Shown: in pieces, positions 1 to 9,939 of the stretch
Position numbering within the stretch: position 1 is the stretch's first letter
Layout: each line of letters begins with the position of its first letter
Source: Candidatus Multivoradales bacterium
GTDB taxonomy: Bacteria; Acidobacteriota; Thermoanaerobaculia; Multivoradales; Multivoraceae
Length of the DNA: 64,000 nt
Direction of reading: 5' to 3'
NCBI GenBank assembly: GCA_965223325.1
Contig: CBDCWI010000002.1
Span: 2,656,001 to 2,720,000 of the forward strand
Made by a program: the position numbers and the translations under genes
Notes under the pieces: model-generated
Database searches by the model: none
Seen by the model: only the letters and a program-made list of their open reading frames with translations
What the model was told of the DNA's origin: nothing

Positions 1-1928
1 TTGGCTTCGAGTTCGGGAACGTTCGGCGGCGGCGGCGGCGGCGGGCTGCCGAGCAGCACCTCCATGACCCATTTGCCGCGCAGAACCGGCGACGTGCGGT
101 TGGCGTGCGAAGTCAAAGCCAGGATGCCCGCATGACCGAGCAGACCACGGCGGTTGGCGTCGGTCTGGGCAACGCGCCGGAACTGCGGCCCGGTGACGCC
201 GGAGAGACCGTAGTGGCGAGCAAGGCGCTCGTCGACGAAGGTGTAGTCGGCGTCGAGCAGATCGAGCAGGCTGCCGTTCTCGCGCACCAGATGGTCGAAC
301 AGCAACTCGCTTTCGCGCCGCATCGACTCGGCCAGCCGCTGGTCGAACTGCGGATAGGCGAGTGCGTCCGGGTGGAGACGGGAAAGGTCCTGGAGGCGCA
401 GCCATTGGGCAGCAAACCGGGTCGACAAGGCCTCGGCCCGCGGGTCCCCGAGCATACGCCGAGTTTGTTCAACAACGCCGGCGTCAGACGCCAGAACCCC
501 ATTGGCCGCCGCATCGAGCAGCTCCTGATCGGGCCCGGTGCCCCACAAGAAGAAACTCAATCGCGACGCCAACTCGAGGCCGCCGAGACGATAGTTCTGT
601 GCCGGTAGGGCATCCGGCGGCACGCGCTCGAAGCGGAACACGAAATGCGGGCTGGCAAGCATCGCCTGTAAGGCCATCGCCACGCCAGACTCAAAGCCTC
701 CGAGGCCGCGACCGCCGCGACTCGCGCCCTCCTCGTAGAACGACATCAAGCTCCCGAGATCACTCTCATTGAGCGGTCGGCGGTAGGCGCGGGTGGCCAG
801 ACGCTCGAGGATCGATTCGGCGCAGGCGATCTCTTCGGCCGCCGAGGTAGGCCGGCAGGTGAAGACGCGTTGACGGCTCGGGGTCTCGGAAATGCCCTGG
901 GCATTGAAAGGCCCGGTGACCGCCAGGGCGCGCAGGTGCGGCACCGTCGTGATGCCTTCGCCGATACCGATCTGGGTATCCGCCAGAGTGTGTTCAATCG
1001 GTGCCAGAAGATCGACCACCGGCCCGTCGAAGCGCGGAATGAAGGCCGCCGCGAGAAGCCGCTGCCCCGCTTTCACTGTCACCGACCCGGTCTTGATGTC
1101 CATACCGGCCGGATCCGCCTCGTCCATCAGCGGGTCGATATCGAGCAGCGCCACGCGATGACCGTCGACCGAAATTTCGATCTGTTCGTTGCGCGCCGTC
1201 GCCCCGAAGAGCTGCCCGGTGGGCGTGCTGTGCAAGGTGATGCGGAAAACGTACTGGCCGTCAGCTGGAAAGGTATGGCGGGTCGCAAGGCCACCGCGCG
1301 AACCGTAGGGAGTCCCCGGTACGTGCTGGGCCTGCGACGCGGTCCGCGGCACTTTGTAGGTCGCCTCGCCGGGGCTGCTCTGGGCCTCGCCGATCGACGC
1401 CAGGCTGACGCGTTCGGCGGCCCGCAGGTAACTCTCCATCAGGGTCGGCGACAAGGTCTGCACATCGGCAATGTTGTCGAAACCATGACTCATCGTGTCG
1501 GGCGGCAGGAGCGACTCGACGTCGATCTCGAGATCGAGCAGATCACGAACAGCACGCGCATACTCGGCCCGATTGAGGCGCTGGAATGTGCGACGCCCCG
1601 GATCGGGGCGAGCGTCGGCAGCGCGATCGACGCTGGTTTCGAGGAAACGTGCAAGGCCAGCGACCACCTCGGGATCGGGACGACGCATCGGGGGCGGCGG
1701 CATCATGCCGGTGCGCAGCTTGCGAATCACGCGCTCGGCCGTCGCCGGGTCGACCTCTGGATGCTCGAGGTCGAAGCCGGCGAGGTTGAGCTCGCCCTCC
1801 TGCTTCTTGTCGTTGTGGCAGCGCAGGCAGGTGCGGTTGACCAGCTCCGCTTCGGGTGCGTCGAGAATGTCGGTCTCGGAGGCGAGACCCGGACCCGGTG
1901 CGGTACCCAGGAGAAGCGCAACGACCAT
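1..1928 (-). CDS. DUF1592/DUF1588 (PSD/PSCyt) domain cytochrome-c-type protein, truncated by the window edge
   Basis: Not in the ORF track; segments translated by hand, all in one frame. ATG at 1928, signal-like MVVALLLG, heme motif CLRCH, MMPP, FQRLNRAEY, HGFDN, and RTSPVLRGKWVMEVLLGSPPPPPPPNVPEL near the window edge. The start could lie slightly upstream. Confidence 0.85.
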   Translation of the reverse strand, partial: MVVALLLGTAPGPGLASETDILDAPEAELVNRTCLRCHNDKKQEGELNLAGFDLEHPEVDPATAERVIRKLRTGMMPPPPMRRPDPEVVAGLARFLETSVDRAADARPDPGRRTFQRLNRAEYARAVRDLLDLEIDVESLLPPDTMSHGFDNIADVQTLSPTLMESYLRAAERVSLASIGEAQSSPGEATYKVPRTASQAQHVPGTPYGSRGGLATRHTFPADGQYVFRITLHSTPTGQLFGATARNEQIEISVDGHRVALLDIDPLMDEADPAGMDIKTGSVTVKAGQRLLAAAFIPRFDGPVVDLLAPIEHTLADTQIGIGEGITTVPHLRALAVTGPFNAQGISETPSRQRVFTCRPTSAAEEIACAESILERLATRAYRRPLNESDLGSLMSFYEEGASRGGRGLGGFESGVAMALQAMLASPHFVFRFERVPPDALPAQNYRLGGLELASRLSFFLWGTGPDQELLDAAANGVLASDAGVVEQTRRMLGDPRAEALSTRFAAQWLRLQDLSRLHPDALAYPQFDQRLAESMRRESELLFDHLVRENGSLLDLLDADYTFVDERLARHYGLSGVTGPQFRRVAQTDANRRGLLGHAGILALTSHANRTSPVLRGKWVMEVLLGSPPPPPPPNVPELEA

Positions 1929-2198
1929 GAGCGCGCGACTCCACCTGGGGCTTCGAGGCCTTCCAATGGGAACAATCTTCCAGGTGGGTCGCAAGGGTGC
2001 AGGCGCTCCGCAATCCGAACCGCGGCCAGGGATGACCCTGGGACGACTCGCAGATCAGAGAATGGTCACCTAGTGTACCCCCCGCTGGGCAAATTTCGCC
2101 CAGTTGGCCTTAGCGAGCGGGCCGCTGATCCCGCAACCTTCCCCAGCCGCTGACGTACCCTGAGTTTCAACCGCTCAGCCCTTCGCGAGGACCTTCCG

Positions 2199-4610
2199 AT
2201 GTTCGACCAACTGCGGCAAGACATTCGTTCCGCTCGGCGCGCCCTCATGGCGCGTCCGGGCTTCGCCCTGCTCGCCATCGTCACGCTGGCCCTGGGGATC
2301 GGTGCGAGCACCGCAATGTGGAGCGTTGTCGATGGGGTGCTGCTGCGTTCTTTGCCGTATCCGGCGGGCGACAGCCTGGTCTCGCTCTATCGCTACAACG
2401 TCAAGGACCCCAATCTCGAAAGTCCACGGCCGCAGCCGATGGCCAAACCCGGCTACTGGGATATCAAGGATCAGACCAAGAGCCTCGCGAGCACCTTTGG
2501 CTTCATGCAGACCCGCCTGACCGTGACCGGCCGTGGCGATGCCGCGGCGCTGCGCGGTGCGTTGGTCACTGAAGGGCCGCTCGAGACCTTCGGCCTTCTG
2601 CCGGCGCTAGGCCGTGACGTTCGTCAAGACGAAGCGACAGAAGGCGCTGCGAGCGTCGCTTTGATTGGCTGGCAGTTGTTCCAGGATCGCTTCGGCGGCC
2701 AGAGTTCGGCGATCGGCGAGGTGGTCACCGTCGATGGTGTACCGCACACCGTCGTCGGAGTCGCCCCGGAAGGCTTCGACTTCCCCGGCGGCTCACAACT
2801 CTGGACCAACCACCAGTGGCCCCTCGACGACTGCGGTCGCGACTGCCATTTCATGCGCTCGGTCGGCCGTCTCGCTCCCGGCAACTCGATCGCCGACGTC
2901 AACGAAGAGTTGGCGGTGGTCGCCCAACGGCTGGCCAGCGAGTACCCAACCAGTCGCGACAAACGCTACCGGGTCGACGATCTCCGCAGCTACATCACCC
3001 GCAACGTGCAGACCTCGATGTACGTCCTCCTCGGCGCCGTGGCCCTCGTCTTGTTGATCGCCTGCGCCAATGTCGCCAATCTCCTCTTGGTGCGCGGCGA
3101 GCGCCGCGGTCGTGAACTCGCGATTCGCACCGCGATCGGTGCGACCCGTGGTCGTCTTCTTCGCCAGCTGGTCTTCGAGAACGCCCTCCTTGCGGCGGCG
3201 GGTGTCGTCGTGGGCCTGGGTTTCGGTTGGCTTGCCCTGGAAGGTCTTCTCGGTCTTGCACCCTCTGGACTGCCGCGACTCGACGGCGTCCACCTCGATG
3301 CGCGGGTGGTTCTGTTCGCCGCCGCCTCCGGGCTGGCTACCCTCTTGCTCTTCGGCTTGCTTCCCGCATGGCGCCAGTCGGCCGCTTCGTTCGCCGGCAA
3401 ACTGCGCACCCGCGGCGGCGACGCTGGCCTGCAACGTTCGGCCCTCTTGACGGTCGAAGTCGCACTTTCCCTGATGCTCCTTCTCGGCGCCGGCCTCCTG
3501 GTGAGAACTCTCGGCGAGCTCTTGCAGGTCGACCCGGGCTTCGAGACCACCAACCTCACCTCGTTCAATATCGACCTGCCCGACCAGTACGACACAGAGT
3601 TCGAGCGCACCATCACCTGGTTCCAGACGCTCGAAGAACGCCTCGCCAGCCATCCTGGGGTGATCTCGGTGGGCTCTGCTCTGTCGCGACCTTTCGGCGG
3701 CCTGAGCCTGGGCGGGTCGGGCTACCGTGCGGACCGCCCCAGGCCAGCCGAAAAAGACGAGGGCGGCACCAAAGTCAACGCCGTCACCCGCACCTACTTC
3801 GCCACCCTCGGCGTGCCGCTCGTTGCGGGACGCAACTTTGGCCCGCAGGACCGCCTCGACAGCCCGCCCGTGGCGATCGTCAACCAGGCCTTCGTCGACG
3901 CCTTCTATCCTGGCGAGAGCCCGCTCGAGAAGCCCTTCGCCGTCGGCATGAGCCTCAACCGCGAGTACGACGAGCCCTACACCATCGTCGGCGTCGTGGC
4001 CGACCATCGAACCAACAGCTTGACCGCCACCGCCCTGCCCGAGTTCTTTATGCTGCAAGACCAGGTGTCCTCGGACTACCTGGCGGTAACGGTTCGCAGT
4101 CAGCCGGGAGTCGACGTCGCCAGCCTCGCACAGAAAGAAGTCAAGGCCCTGAACCCAGACGTTCCAGTTCAAGGAATGCGCACCATAGAAGAAGCCCTGA
4201 TCGAACAGACCGGGTCGGCGCGCTTCTACCTCACCATCCTCACCAGCTTTGCGCTGCTTGCCGTTCTCCTGGCCGGAATCGGGCTCTACGGCGTTGTGGC
4301 CTACCTGGTTGCCCAACGCACCCGTGAGCTGGCGCTTCGCATGGCTCTGGGCGCCGACCAGAAGAACATCGTGCGCCACGTCGTTCTGCGCGGCCTGAAA
4401 CCAGCGCTCCTGGGCATCGTCATCGGGCTTCTCGGAGCACTCGCCGCCTCGCGGGTTCTCGAATCGCTGCTCTATGGCATCAGCGCCCGTGATCCACTCA
4501 CCTTCGGCGTCGCCGCCGCGCTTCTCCTCGCCATCGCGCTCCTGGCGTGCGCGATTCCGGCGCAGCGCGCCAGTTCGATCTCACCGATGGTGGCGCTCAA
4601 GAGCGACTGA
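2199..4610 (+). CDS. Duplicated MacB/FtsX ABC permease (ADOP family, orphan)
   Basis: 803 aa with TLALGIGASTAMWSVV, LLIACANVANLLL, RELAIRTAIGA, RTRELALRMALGA and C-terminal PAQRASSISPMVALK. No ATPase gene is adjacent. Confidence 0.9.
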   Translation: MFDQLRQDIRSARRALMARPGFALLAIVTLALGIGASTAMWSVVDGVLLRSLPYPAGDSLVSLYRYNVKDPNLESPRPQPMAKPGYWDIKDQTKSLASTFGFMQTRLTVTGRGDAAALRGALVTEGPLETFGLLPALGRDVRQDEATEGAASVALIGWQLFQDRFGGQSSAIGEVVTVDGVPHTVVGVAPEGFDFPGGSQLWTNHQWPLDDCGRDCHFMRSVGRLAPGNSIADVNEELAVVAQRLASEYPTSRDKRYRVDDLRSYITRNVQTSMYVLLGAVALVLLIACANVANLLLVRGERRGRELAIRTAIGATRGRLLRQLVFENALLAAAGVVVGLGFGWLALEGLLGLAPSGLPRLDGVHLDARVVLFAAASGLATLLLFGLLPAWRQSAASFAGKLRTRGGDAGLQRSALLTVEVALSLMLLLGAGLLVRTLGELLQVDPGFETTNLTSFNIDLPDQYDTEFERTITWFQTLEERLASHPGVISVGSALSRPFGGLSLGGSGYRADRPRPAEKDEGGTKVNAVTRTYFATLGVPLVAGRNFGPQDRLDSPPVAIVNQAFVDAFYPGESPLEKPFAVGMSLNREYDEPYTIVGVVADHRTNSLTATALPEFFMLQDQVSSDYLAVTVRSQPGVDVASLAQKEVKALNPDVPVQGMRTIEEALIEQTGSARFYLTILTSFALLAVLLAGIGLYGVVAYLVAQRTRELALRMALGADQKNIVRHVVLRGLKPALLGIVIGLLGALAASRVLESLLYGISARDPLTFGVAAALLLAIALLACAIPAQRASSISPMVALKSD

Positions 4611-4642
4611 GGCGCACGACCCGCAGAGAACCGCGGCGAGTC

Positions 4643-5425
4643 CTAGAACCACAGTCGCACCCCGGTGACCCAACGGGTCGCTTCGGTTTCCTCACTCGCC
4701 GCTTCGGCGAGATCCGCAGTGCCGCCCAGGATCTTCGCCCACTCGACGCCGACGTAGGGTGCGAACTGGCGCCGGATCTCATAGCGCAACCGGGCACCGA
4801 GCTCCATGTCGGTCAAACCCGATGCGATGCCAACCTCGGGCACGTCGCTGGCGGCGAAGCTGACTTCCAGTCGCGGTTCGAGAACGAGACGCTGGGTAAA
4901 CAGCAACTCGTACTCGGTTTCGAGACGGGCGGAGAGATCGCCGTCGGTGCTGAGGAATGCTGCCGCGTCGATCTCGAACCAGTAGGGCGCCAACCCCTGG
5001 ACGCCGATCGTGGCGTGGGTGCGATCCTCTCCGGTACCGAGGTCCTGCCGAACGCCCATCTGGAGATCGAAGTAGGGCGACAAAGCGCGGCTCCATAGAG
5101 CCTGCACTTCGAGCTCTTCCTCGCCCGCTCCCCCGTCGCTCTCTTCGGCTTCGAGTTTCCACCACAGCCGGTCCTCGTCGCCGCCGTACCAACCCTGGCT
5201 CTCGAGAACGAAAAGGTCCTCGGCGTCGCCACTTTGAAACTCGAGCCGTTCCGCCTCCAGGAACAGAAAACGCTCTCCACCGTGGTGATGCTCGAGTTCA
5301 TGCCGGGCCTTTTGCATCGCCGACGAGTCGAGAGCGGTTCCGTGGCCGTCATGTTGCGCGACCAGGGGAACTGACGCTGCTGCGAAAAGGCACGCCAGAA
5401 GAGTGATGGCTCTTCTCATCAACAT
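4643..5425 (-). CDS. copB: Copper resistance outer-membrane protein B
   Basis: Signal peptide, His-rich N-terminus, GLAPYWFEID, RLRYEIRRQFAPYVGV, terminal RLWF; directly downstream of copA. Confidence 0.9.
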   Translation of the reverse strand: MLMRRAITLLACLFAAASVPLVAQHDGHGTALDSSAMQKARHELEHHHGGERFLFLEAERLEFQSGDAEDLFVLESQGWYGGDEDRLWWKLEAEESDGGAGEEELEVQALWSRALSPYFDLQMGVRQDLGTGEDRTHATIGVQGLAPYWFEIDAAAFLSTDGDLSARLETEYELLFTQRLVLEPRLEVSFAASDVPEVGIASGLTDMELGARLRYEIRRQFAPYVGVEWAKILGGTADLAEAASEETEATRWVTGVRLWF

Positions 5426-5427
5426 GG

Positions 5428-7299
5428 CTAGCGCCCCTCGTGATCGTGATGATGGTCGGTGGCAGGCTCTGGATCGCCCGGAATCTCGTCGTCGTCGAAG
5501 TGACGCACCGAAATGACCCGGAACATGCCGGCCGCCATGTGGTAGAGCAGGTGACAGTGGAAGGCCCAGTCACCGAGCGCGTCGGCAGAAATATCGATCG
5601 CCATCTTTTCGCCAGGCTTGACGAGCACGGTGTGCTTGCGGAGCTTGTGCGGGTTCGCTTCGTCGCCCGGAACGACGACATCGAAATACATGCCGTGCAG
5701 GTGGATGGGATGCGGCATCATGGTGTCGTTGACCAGCGTCATGCGCAGACGTTCGAAGTGCCGGAAGACGATCGGCTCACTCGCCTCCGAGTACTTGCGG
5801 CCGTCGAACGACCACATATAGCGCTCCATGTTGCTGGTGAGGTGGATCTCGATCTCACGTTCCGGAGCCCGGGTGTCGGGGACGGGGTCGAGACTCCGCA
5901 GGTCGGCGTAGCGGAGCGTGCGATGAGGCACCTCGTCGAGGCCGATGCCGGGTTCGTGAAGGCGACTGCTCGGTTCTTCAGCGAGGTTGGCAACGCCGGG
6001 GCCCGCCGGGTGATCGTGGGTTTGTGCCGCCGCTTGACCGTGCCCTGCGTGCGCCGAGTGATCGCCCTCGGCAGGCTGCATCTGGTGCGTGGCGCGGTCC
6101 ATGTCGTGCCGCATCGCCATGTCCTTCATCGACAGCAGAGGGCGGGCGCGGAGAGCCGGCACCTGGGGCTTCATGCCGGCGCGCGGTGCCAATGTCGCAA
6201 TCGCCTGGCCACTCGAATCGATCGACTCGCAAACCACCGCGTAGGCGCGGTTCTCCGATGGAACCACCACCGCGTCGTAGGTCTCGGCGGTGCCGATCTG
6301 GAACTCCTCGACCTCGACGGGTTGTACATCGATGCCGTCGGTCTGCACGATGGTCATCGGAAGGCCCGGGATGCGCACATTGAAGATCGACATGGCTGAG
6401 CCGTTGATGATGCGCAGCCGTACGCGCTCGCCGGGCTCGAAAAGCGCCGTCCAAGCGTCGGCTGGAGCGTGGCCATTGACCAGGTACGTGTAGGTCGCCC
6501 CGGTGACATCGGCGATGTCGGTCGGCATCATGCGCATCGCGCCCCAGGCGCGACGTTCTGCCAACGCCTCGCCCAAGCCCCGCGAGCGCGCGTCGCGAGC
6601 AAGATCGCGCAGGGTGCGCTTCTGGAAGTTGAGGCTCTCGCTGTTCTTCTTGAGCTTCGCCAACAGACGACGCGGGTGCATGTGCGTCCAGTCCGAAAGC
6701 ACAAGGACCACCTCACGGTCGTAGGCGACCGGATCGCCTTCTTTCGGGTCGATGATCAGCGGGCCGTAGTGTCCGAGCTGCTCTTGCATCCCGGAATGAC
6801 TGTGGTACCAGTAGGTCCCCGCCTGGCGCACCGGAAAGCGGTACTCGAAGGTCTCGCCCGCAGGGATTCCGGGAAACGACACTCCAGGGACCCCGTCCTG
6901 ATCGTAGGGAAGAAGAATCCCGTGCCAGTGGATCGACGTCGGCTCGTGCAGTTTGTTGTGCACCCGCATGGTCACCACGTCGCCCTCTCGCCAGCGCAGG
7001 AGCGGAGCCGGGATGGTGCCGTTGACCAGAATCGCCTGACTGCTGCGGCCAGCAACGCGGTAGGAACCGCGCGTCACGGCGAGGTCGAAGTCGGTACCGG
7101 AGAGCGTTGGCAGTCGGGAACGGCGGTCGCTGTCGGTCGTGTCGAAGCCAGCGCTCCGCGCCCAGGCGGGCAGCAGGCCCTGGGCAGAAAGCGCACCGGC
7201 AACCGATAGCGACGATCGCAGGAAACGACGACGGTTGAGCTGTGGATCGAGGGGACGAACGAGGTCGGGTCGGAGAAGGAGGGGTCGCGAATCGCGCAT
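5428..7299 (-). CDS. copA: Tat-exported copper-resistance multicopper oxidase
   Basis: Twin-arginine LNRRRFLR; copper motifs HWHG, WYHSH, HPIHLHG and HCHLLYHM; Met/His-rich insert. Confidence 0.95.
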   Translation of the reverse strand: MRDSRPLLLRPDLVRPLDPQLNRRRFLRSSLSVAGALSAQGLLPAWARSAGFDTTDSDRRSRLPTLSGTDFDLAVTRGSYRVAGRSSQAILVNGTIPAPLLRWREGDVVTMRVHNKLHEPTSIHWHGILLPYDQDGVPGVSFPGIPAGETFEYRFPVRQAGTYWYHSHSGMQEQLGHYGPLIIDPKEGDPVAYDREVVLVLSDWTHMHPRRLLAKLKKNSESLNFQKRTLRDLARDARSRGLGEALAERRAWGAMRMMPTDIADVTGATYTYLVNGHAPADAWTALFEPGERVRLRIINGSAMSIFNVRIPGLPMTIVQTDGIDVQPVEVEEFQIGTAETYDAVVVPSENRAYAVVCESIDSSGQAIATLAPRAGMKPQVPALRARPLLSMKDMAMRHDMDRATHQMQPAEGDHSAHAGHGQAAAQTHDHPAGPGVANLAEEPSSRLHEPGIGLDEVPHRTLRYADLRSLDPVPDTRAPEREIEIHLTSNMERYMWSFDGRKYSEASEPIVFRHFERLRMTLVNDTMMPHPIHLHGMYFDVVVPGDEANPHKLRKHTVLVKPGEKMAIDISADALGDWAFHCHLLYHMAAGMFRVISVRHFDDDEIPGDPEPATDHHHDHEGR

Positions 7300-7484
7300 A
7301 GTGGCATTCCGGAAGACTAAACACTGAATCGGAGATTGAGACGGCAGCGGGCGAGGGAGCGACCACGGAGATCACACCCTCGAAGCGAGAGGGAGGGGCC
7401 TTCTAAGCTCTGAGCGCGAACACGCGACCGGGGCATCCAGCCGAGGTCATCGGCTCGCTAGGAGACGGAGAGCTCTGGGGGGTA

Positions 7485-7946
7485 TCAGAGCCGCAGGATG
7501 CAGCGTTCGGCGAGAACGTCGGCGACGGCAACCCAACTCGAGGCAGCTGCTGGAGGGCCGTTGCCGAACCAGGCGGTCGACATGTCCGGCGAGCGGTCCG
7601 CGAAGCGCGTATTGGCCTGGGGCCAGAGACCGGTGTCGTTGCGCAACCGCGGATCACTCGAACGAGCAGCCACAGCCGGCACACCGCGCTCTAGTTGGCA
7701 GCACTCGGCATCGAGGCAACCGTGTTCGCCGGCGTCGATGACAGCGGCGGCCGCAGCAGGAGCAGTCGCGGGGGTCTCCGTTTCGCTGGCGTGGCAAGCT
7801 GGAACCTCGGCTCGCTGCGGCTCGACCGCAGTCGTGCTGCTCTTCGCCGGTTCCTGGCACCAGCGCAGGATCTCGGCGGCGACGTCGGTAGCCGGCACCA
7901 GCGTCAGCAAGAGCGCAGCCGCGAAGATGTTGAGCCGTCGACCCAT
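7485..7946 (-). CDS. Small secreted Cys/His-rich protein upstream of copAB (CopL/DUF2946-like)
   Basis: Signal peptide from MGRRLNIFAAALLL; PACH, HGCLDAECC, C-terminal ERCILRL; TAGAAT lies 7 nt before the ATG. Confidence 0.55.
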   Translation of the reverse strand: MGRRLNIFAAALLLTLVPATDVAAEILRWCQEPAKSSTTAVEPQRAEVPACHASETETPATAPAAAAAVIDAGEHGCLDAECCQLERGVPAVAARSSDPRLRNDTGLWPQANTRFADRSPDMSTAWFGNGPPAAASSWVAVADVLAERCILRL

Positions 7947-7978
7947 GCGCGAGATTCTATCCGACGGCGCGGTCCTCG

Positions 7979-8896
7979 TCAGGCGTCGGGTGCAAGAACC
8001 CCCTCGAAGCGCAGGATGGAACCTTGTTCGTTGGTGACCAGTAGATCTGGACCGTCCCAGGCTACGCCTTCGCACTGCTTGGCTACCAACGGCGCCAGAA
8101 CGAGCGCGACGACGGGTGGTTGCGAGAAGAAGCTCTGGTCGCGATTCGCCGCGTCGGCACCGGGCGCGAGCTCGAAGACCCGCAAGCCGTAGTAACTGAG
8201 CACCGCGAGATGACGCCCGTCGGCGGTGACATCGGCGCCGGTTGCCATGCCACCGCGCGGTATGCCGGCTTCACCGAGGTCGAATACACCGACTTCGACC
8301 AGACGGGCCGCATCCTGCGATTGGTCGAAACGCATCAGGCGCGTGCGCGTGTCTTCTCGGTGCTTGGTCAAGAGATAGAGCTCACCGCCGGTCCAGAAGA
8401 GTGACTCGGCGTCGAAGTTGCGAAACTCTCCCGCCGGCGGCTGCCTTTGCCCGGGGTAGCGAAACGGAATGCGCCGTTTGACGCGCACCGGCTCCGACTG
8501 ACCAATGGTGGGCTCGTCGACCACCAGCACGGTCAAGTCACGGCGCATGCTCGCGTTGTTGCCAATGTCACCAATGTAGAGCTGGCCGGCATCGTCAATC
8601 GCCACCGCCTCCCAGTCGCGGTTGGCCACCGCACTGACGGTGAACACCCCGAGGATCTCTCCCTCGCGCGAGAGCGCGAACAACCGCGGGCTGTTACCCG
8701 AGTCGTTGAGCGTCCAGAAGACGTTCTCCTGCCGGCGGCTCTTCACCAGACCGGAGCTTTCGGGAATCACCGTGGTATCGAAGTGAGCGAACGCCGCCGC
8801 GGGAACGGCTTCTACCCCTTCTCCGGCGCTGTCCTCCTGAGCCGGAACTGGCACCGCAACCAGGAAGCCAACCATCGAAAGCCAGAGGATCTTCAC
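7979..8896 (-). CDS. Secreted beta-propeller-like hypothetical protein (SdiA-regulated/phytase-like)
   Basis: GTG start overlaps the NUDIX stop (GTGA); signal peptide; ESSGL, TLNDSG, DWEAV, GDIGNN, FDAE and QCEGV motifs. Confidence 0.65.
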   Translation of the reverse strand: MKILWLSMVGFLVAVPVPAQEDSAGEGVEAVPAAAFAHFDTTVIPESSGLVKSRRQENVFWTLNDSGNSPRLFALSREGEILGVFTVSAVANRDWEAVAIDDAGQLYIGDIGNNASMRRDLTVLVVDEPTIGQSEPVRVKRRIPFRYPGQRQPPAGEFRNFDAESLFWTGGELYLLTKHREDTRTRLMRFDQSQDAARLVEVGVFDLGEAGIPRGGMATGADVTADGRHLAVLSYYGLRVFELAPGADAANRDQSFFSQPPVVALVLAPLVAKQCEGVAWDGPDLLVTNEQGSILRFEGVLAPDA

Positions 8897-9309
8897 CGCT
8901 GTCTCAGCTCTTCGAGCACTGCCGCCAAGGCCGGTCGATCGGCCCGCGCCCAGTCGAGCTCGGCGAGCGCTCCGGCATCGAACCAACCCCAGGCTTCATG
9001 CTCACGTGCAACCGGCTTTCCTCTGAGGTGTCGTGCACGATAGATCTCGAGAACGAAACCGCGGCCTGTTTCTTCCGCGGGCGCCGTTTCTGAGCTCGCC
9101 AACAGGTGACCCACTTCGATGTCGATCCCCAGTTCTTCGCGAATCTCGCGAGCCAGCGCGTGGGCCGGCGCTTCTCCTTTTTCGACCTTGCCACCAGGGA
9201 ACTCCCATTTGCCAGCCAGGCTCATCTGCGGACCGCGCTTGGCGGCCAGACACTCGTTCTGCCGGACAATCGCCGCACCCACCACCAGGACCGGAGAGTC
9301 AAAGGCCAT
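8893..9309 (-). CDS. NUDIX (d)NTP pyrophosphohydrolase, MutT/NudG-like
   Basis: WEFPGGKVEKGEAPAHALAREIREELG Nudix box; alternative start at 9336. Confidence 0.9.
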   Translation of the reverse strand: MAFDSPVLVVGAAIVRQNECLAAKRGPQMSLAGKWEFPGGKVEKGEAPAHALAREIREELGIDIEVGHLLASSETAPAEETGRGFVLEIYRARHLRGKPVAREHEAWGWFDAGALAELDWARADRPALAAVLEELRQR

Positions 9310-9383
9310 CAGACTCCAGGCTTCTCGGCCATGCACTCGATCTCGACGATTGCACCGAGCGGTTCCGGCTGCACCACGCGCCC

Positions 9384-9887
9384 CTACTGCCGAACCGCGG
9401 TTGCGACGATCTCGAAACGCGCCCCACGAAGCAGCGGTCCTGAGCCCAGAAACGCCCGCGCCGGGAAGGCGCCCTCTTCGAAGTAGGTGCGGTAGGCGGC
9501 GTTGAACGGTTCATAGAGCGACAGGTCGGGGCAGTAGACCTGCACACTCACCACGTCCGCCATGCTCATCCCGGCACCCTCGAGCCTGCGTTTGATCTCG
9601 TCCATCGCCAGCCGCACCTCGGCGCCCGGGTCCTCCGGCGGAGCGCCGGTCGCCGGATCGAGACCCAAGGTTCCCGCAACGTACAAGGTGTCGCCCGCCT
9701 GGACGGCCTGGCTGAAGGGCAACGGACTGTCGGCGGCGGTAAAACGCTTGTGCTCGCTGGCAAGAGGCGCAGCGGGTAGTGCCGCCATCAGAAGAATCGC
9801 CAACAAGGCGCCAACAGCCATCCAAGCCACGGGTTGGAGGCTTCTCTTTGGGCGAACGGGGTCGGTGGGATTGCTTGCAACAGTCAT
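9384..9887 (-). CDS. RidA/YjgF family protein with N-terminal signal
   Basis: PFSQAVQAGDTLYVAG, FNAAYRTYF, FPARA, FEI. Confidence 0.9.
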   Translation of the reverse strand: MTVASNPTDPVRPKRSLQPVAWMAVGALLAILLMAALPAAPLASEHKRFTAADSPLPFSQAVQAGDTLYVAGTLGLDPATGAPPEDPGAEVRLAMDEIKRRLEGAGMSMADVVSVQVYCPDLSLYEPFNAAYRTYFEEGAFPARAFLGSGPLLRGARFEIVATAVRQ

Positions 9888-9939
9888 CTCTTTTCCTCCT
9901 CGATGAATAGGGAGCGGGTCTCAGGGTGATCGTTCGAAT

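Noticed and set aside
870-2153. 427-aa plus-strand ORF and other long antisense ORFs (2793-4379, 18522-19859, 28631-30145, 44432-45502)
   Set aside because: They are shadow frames opposite motif-supported genes, as expected in high-GC DNA.
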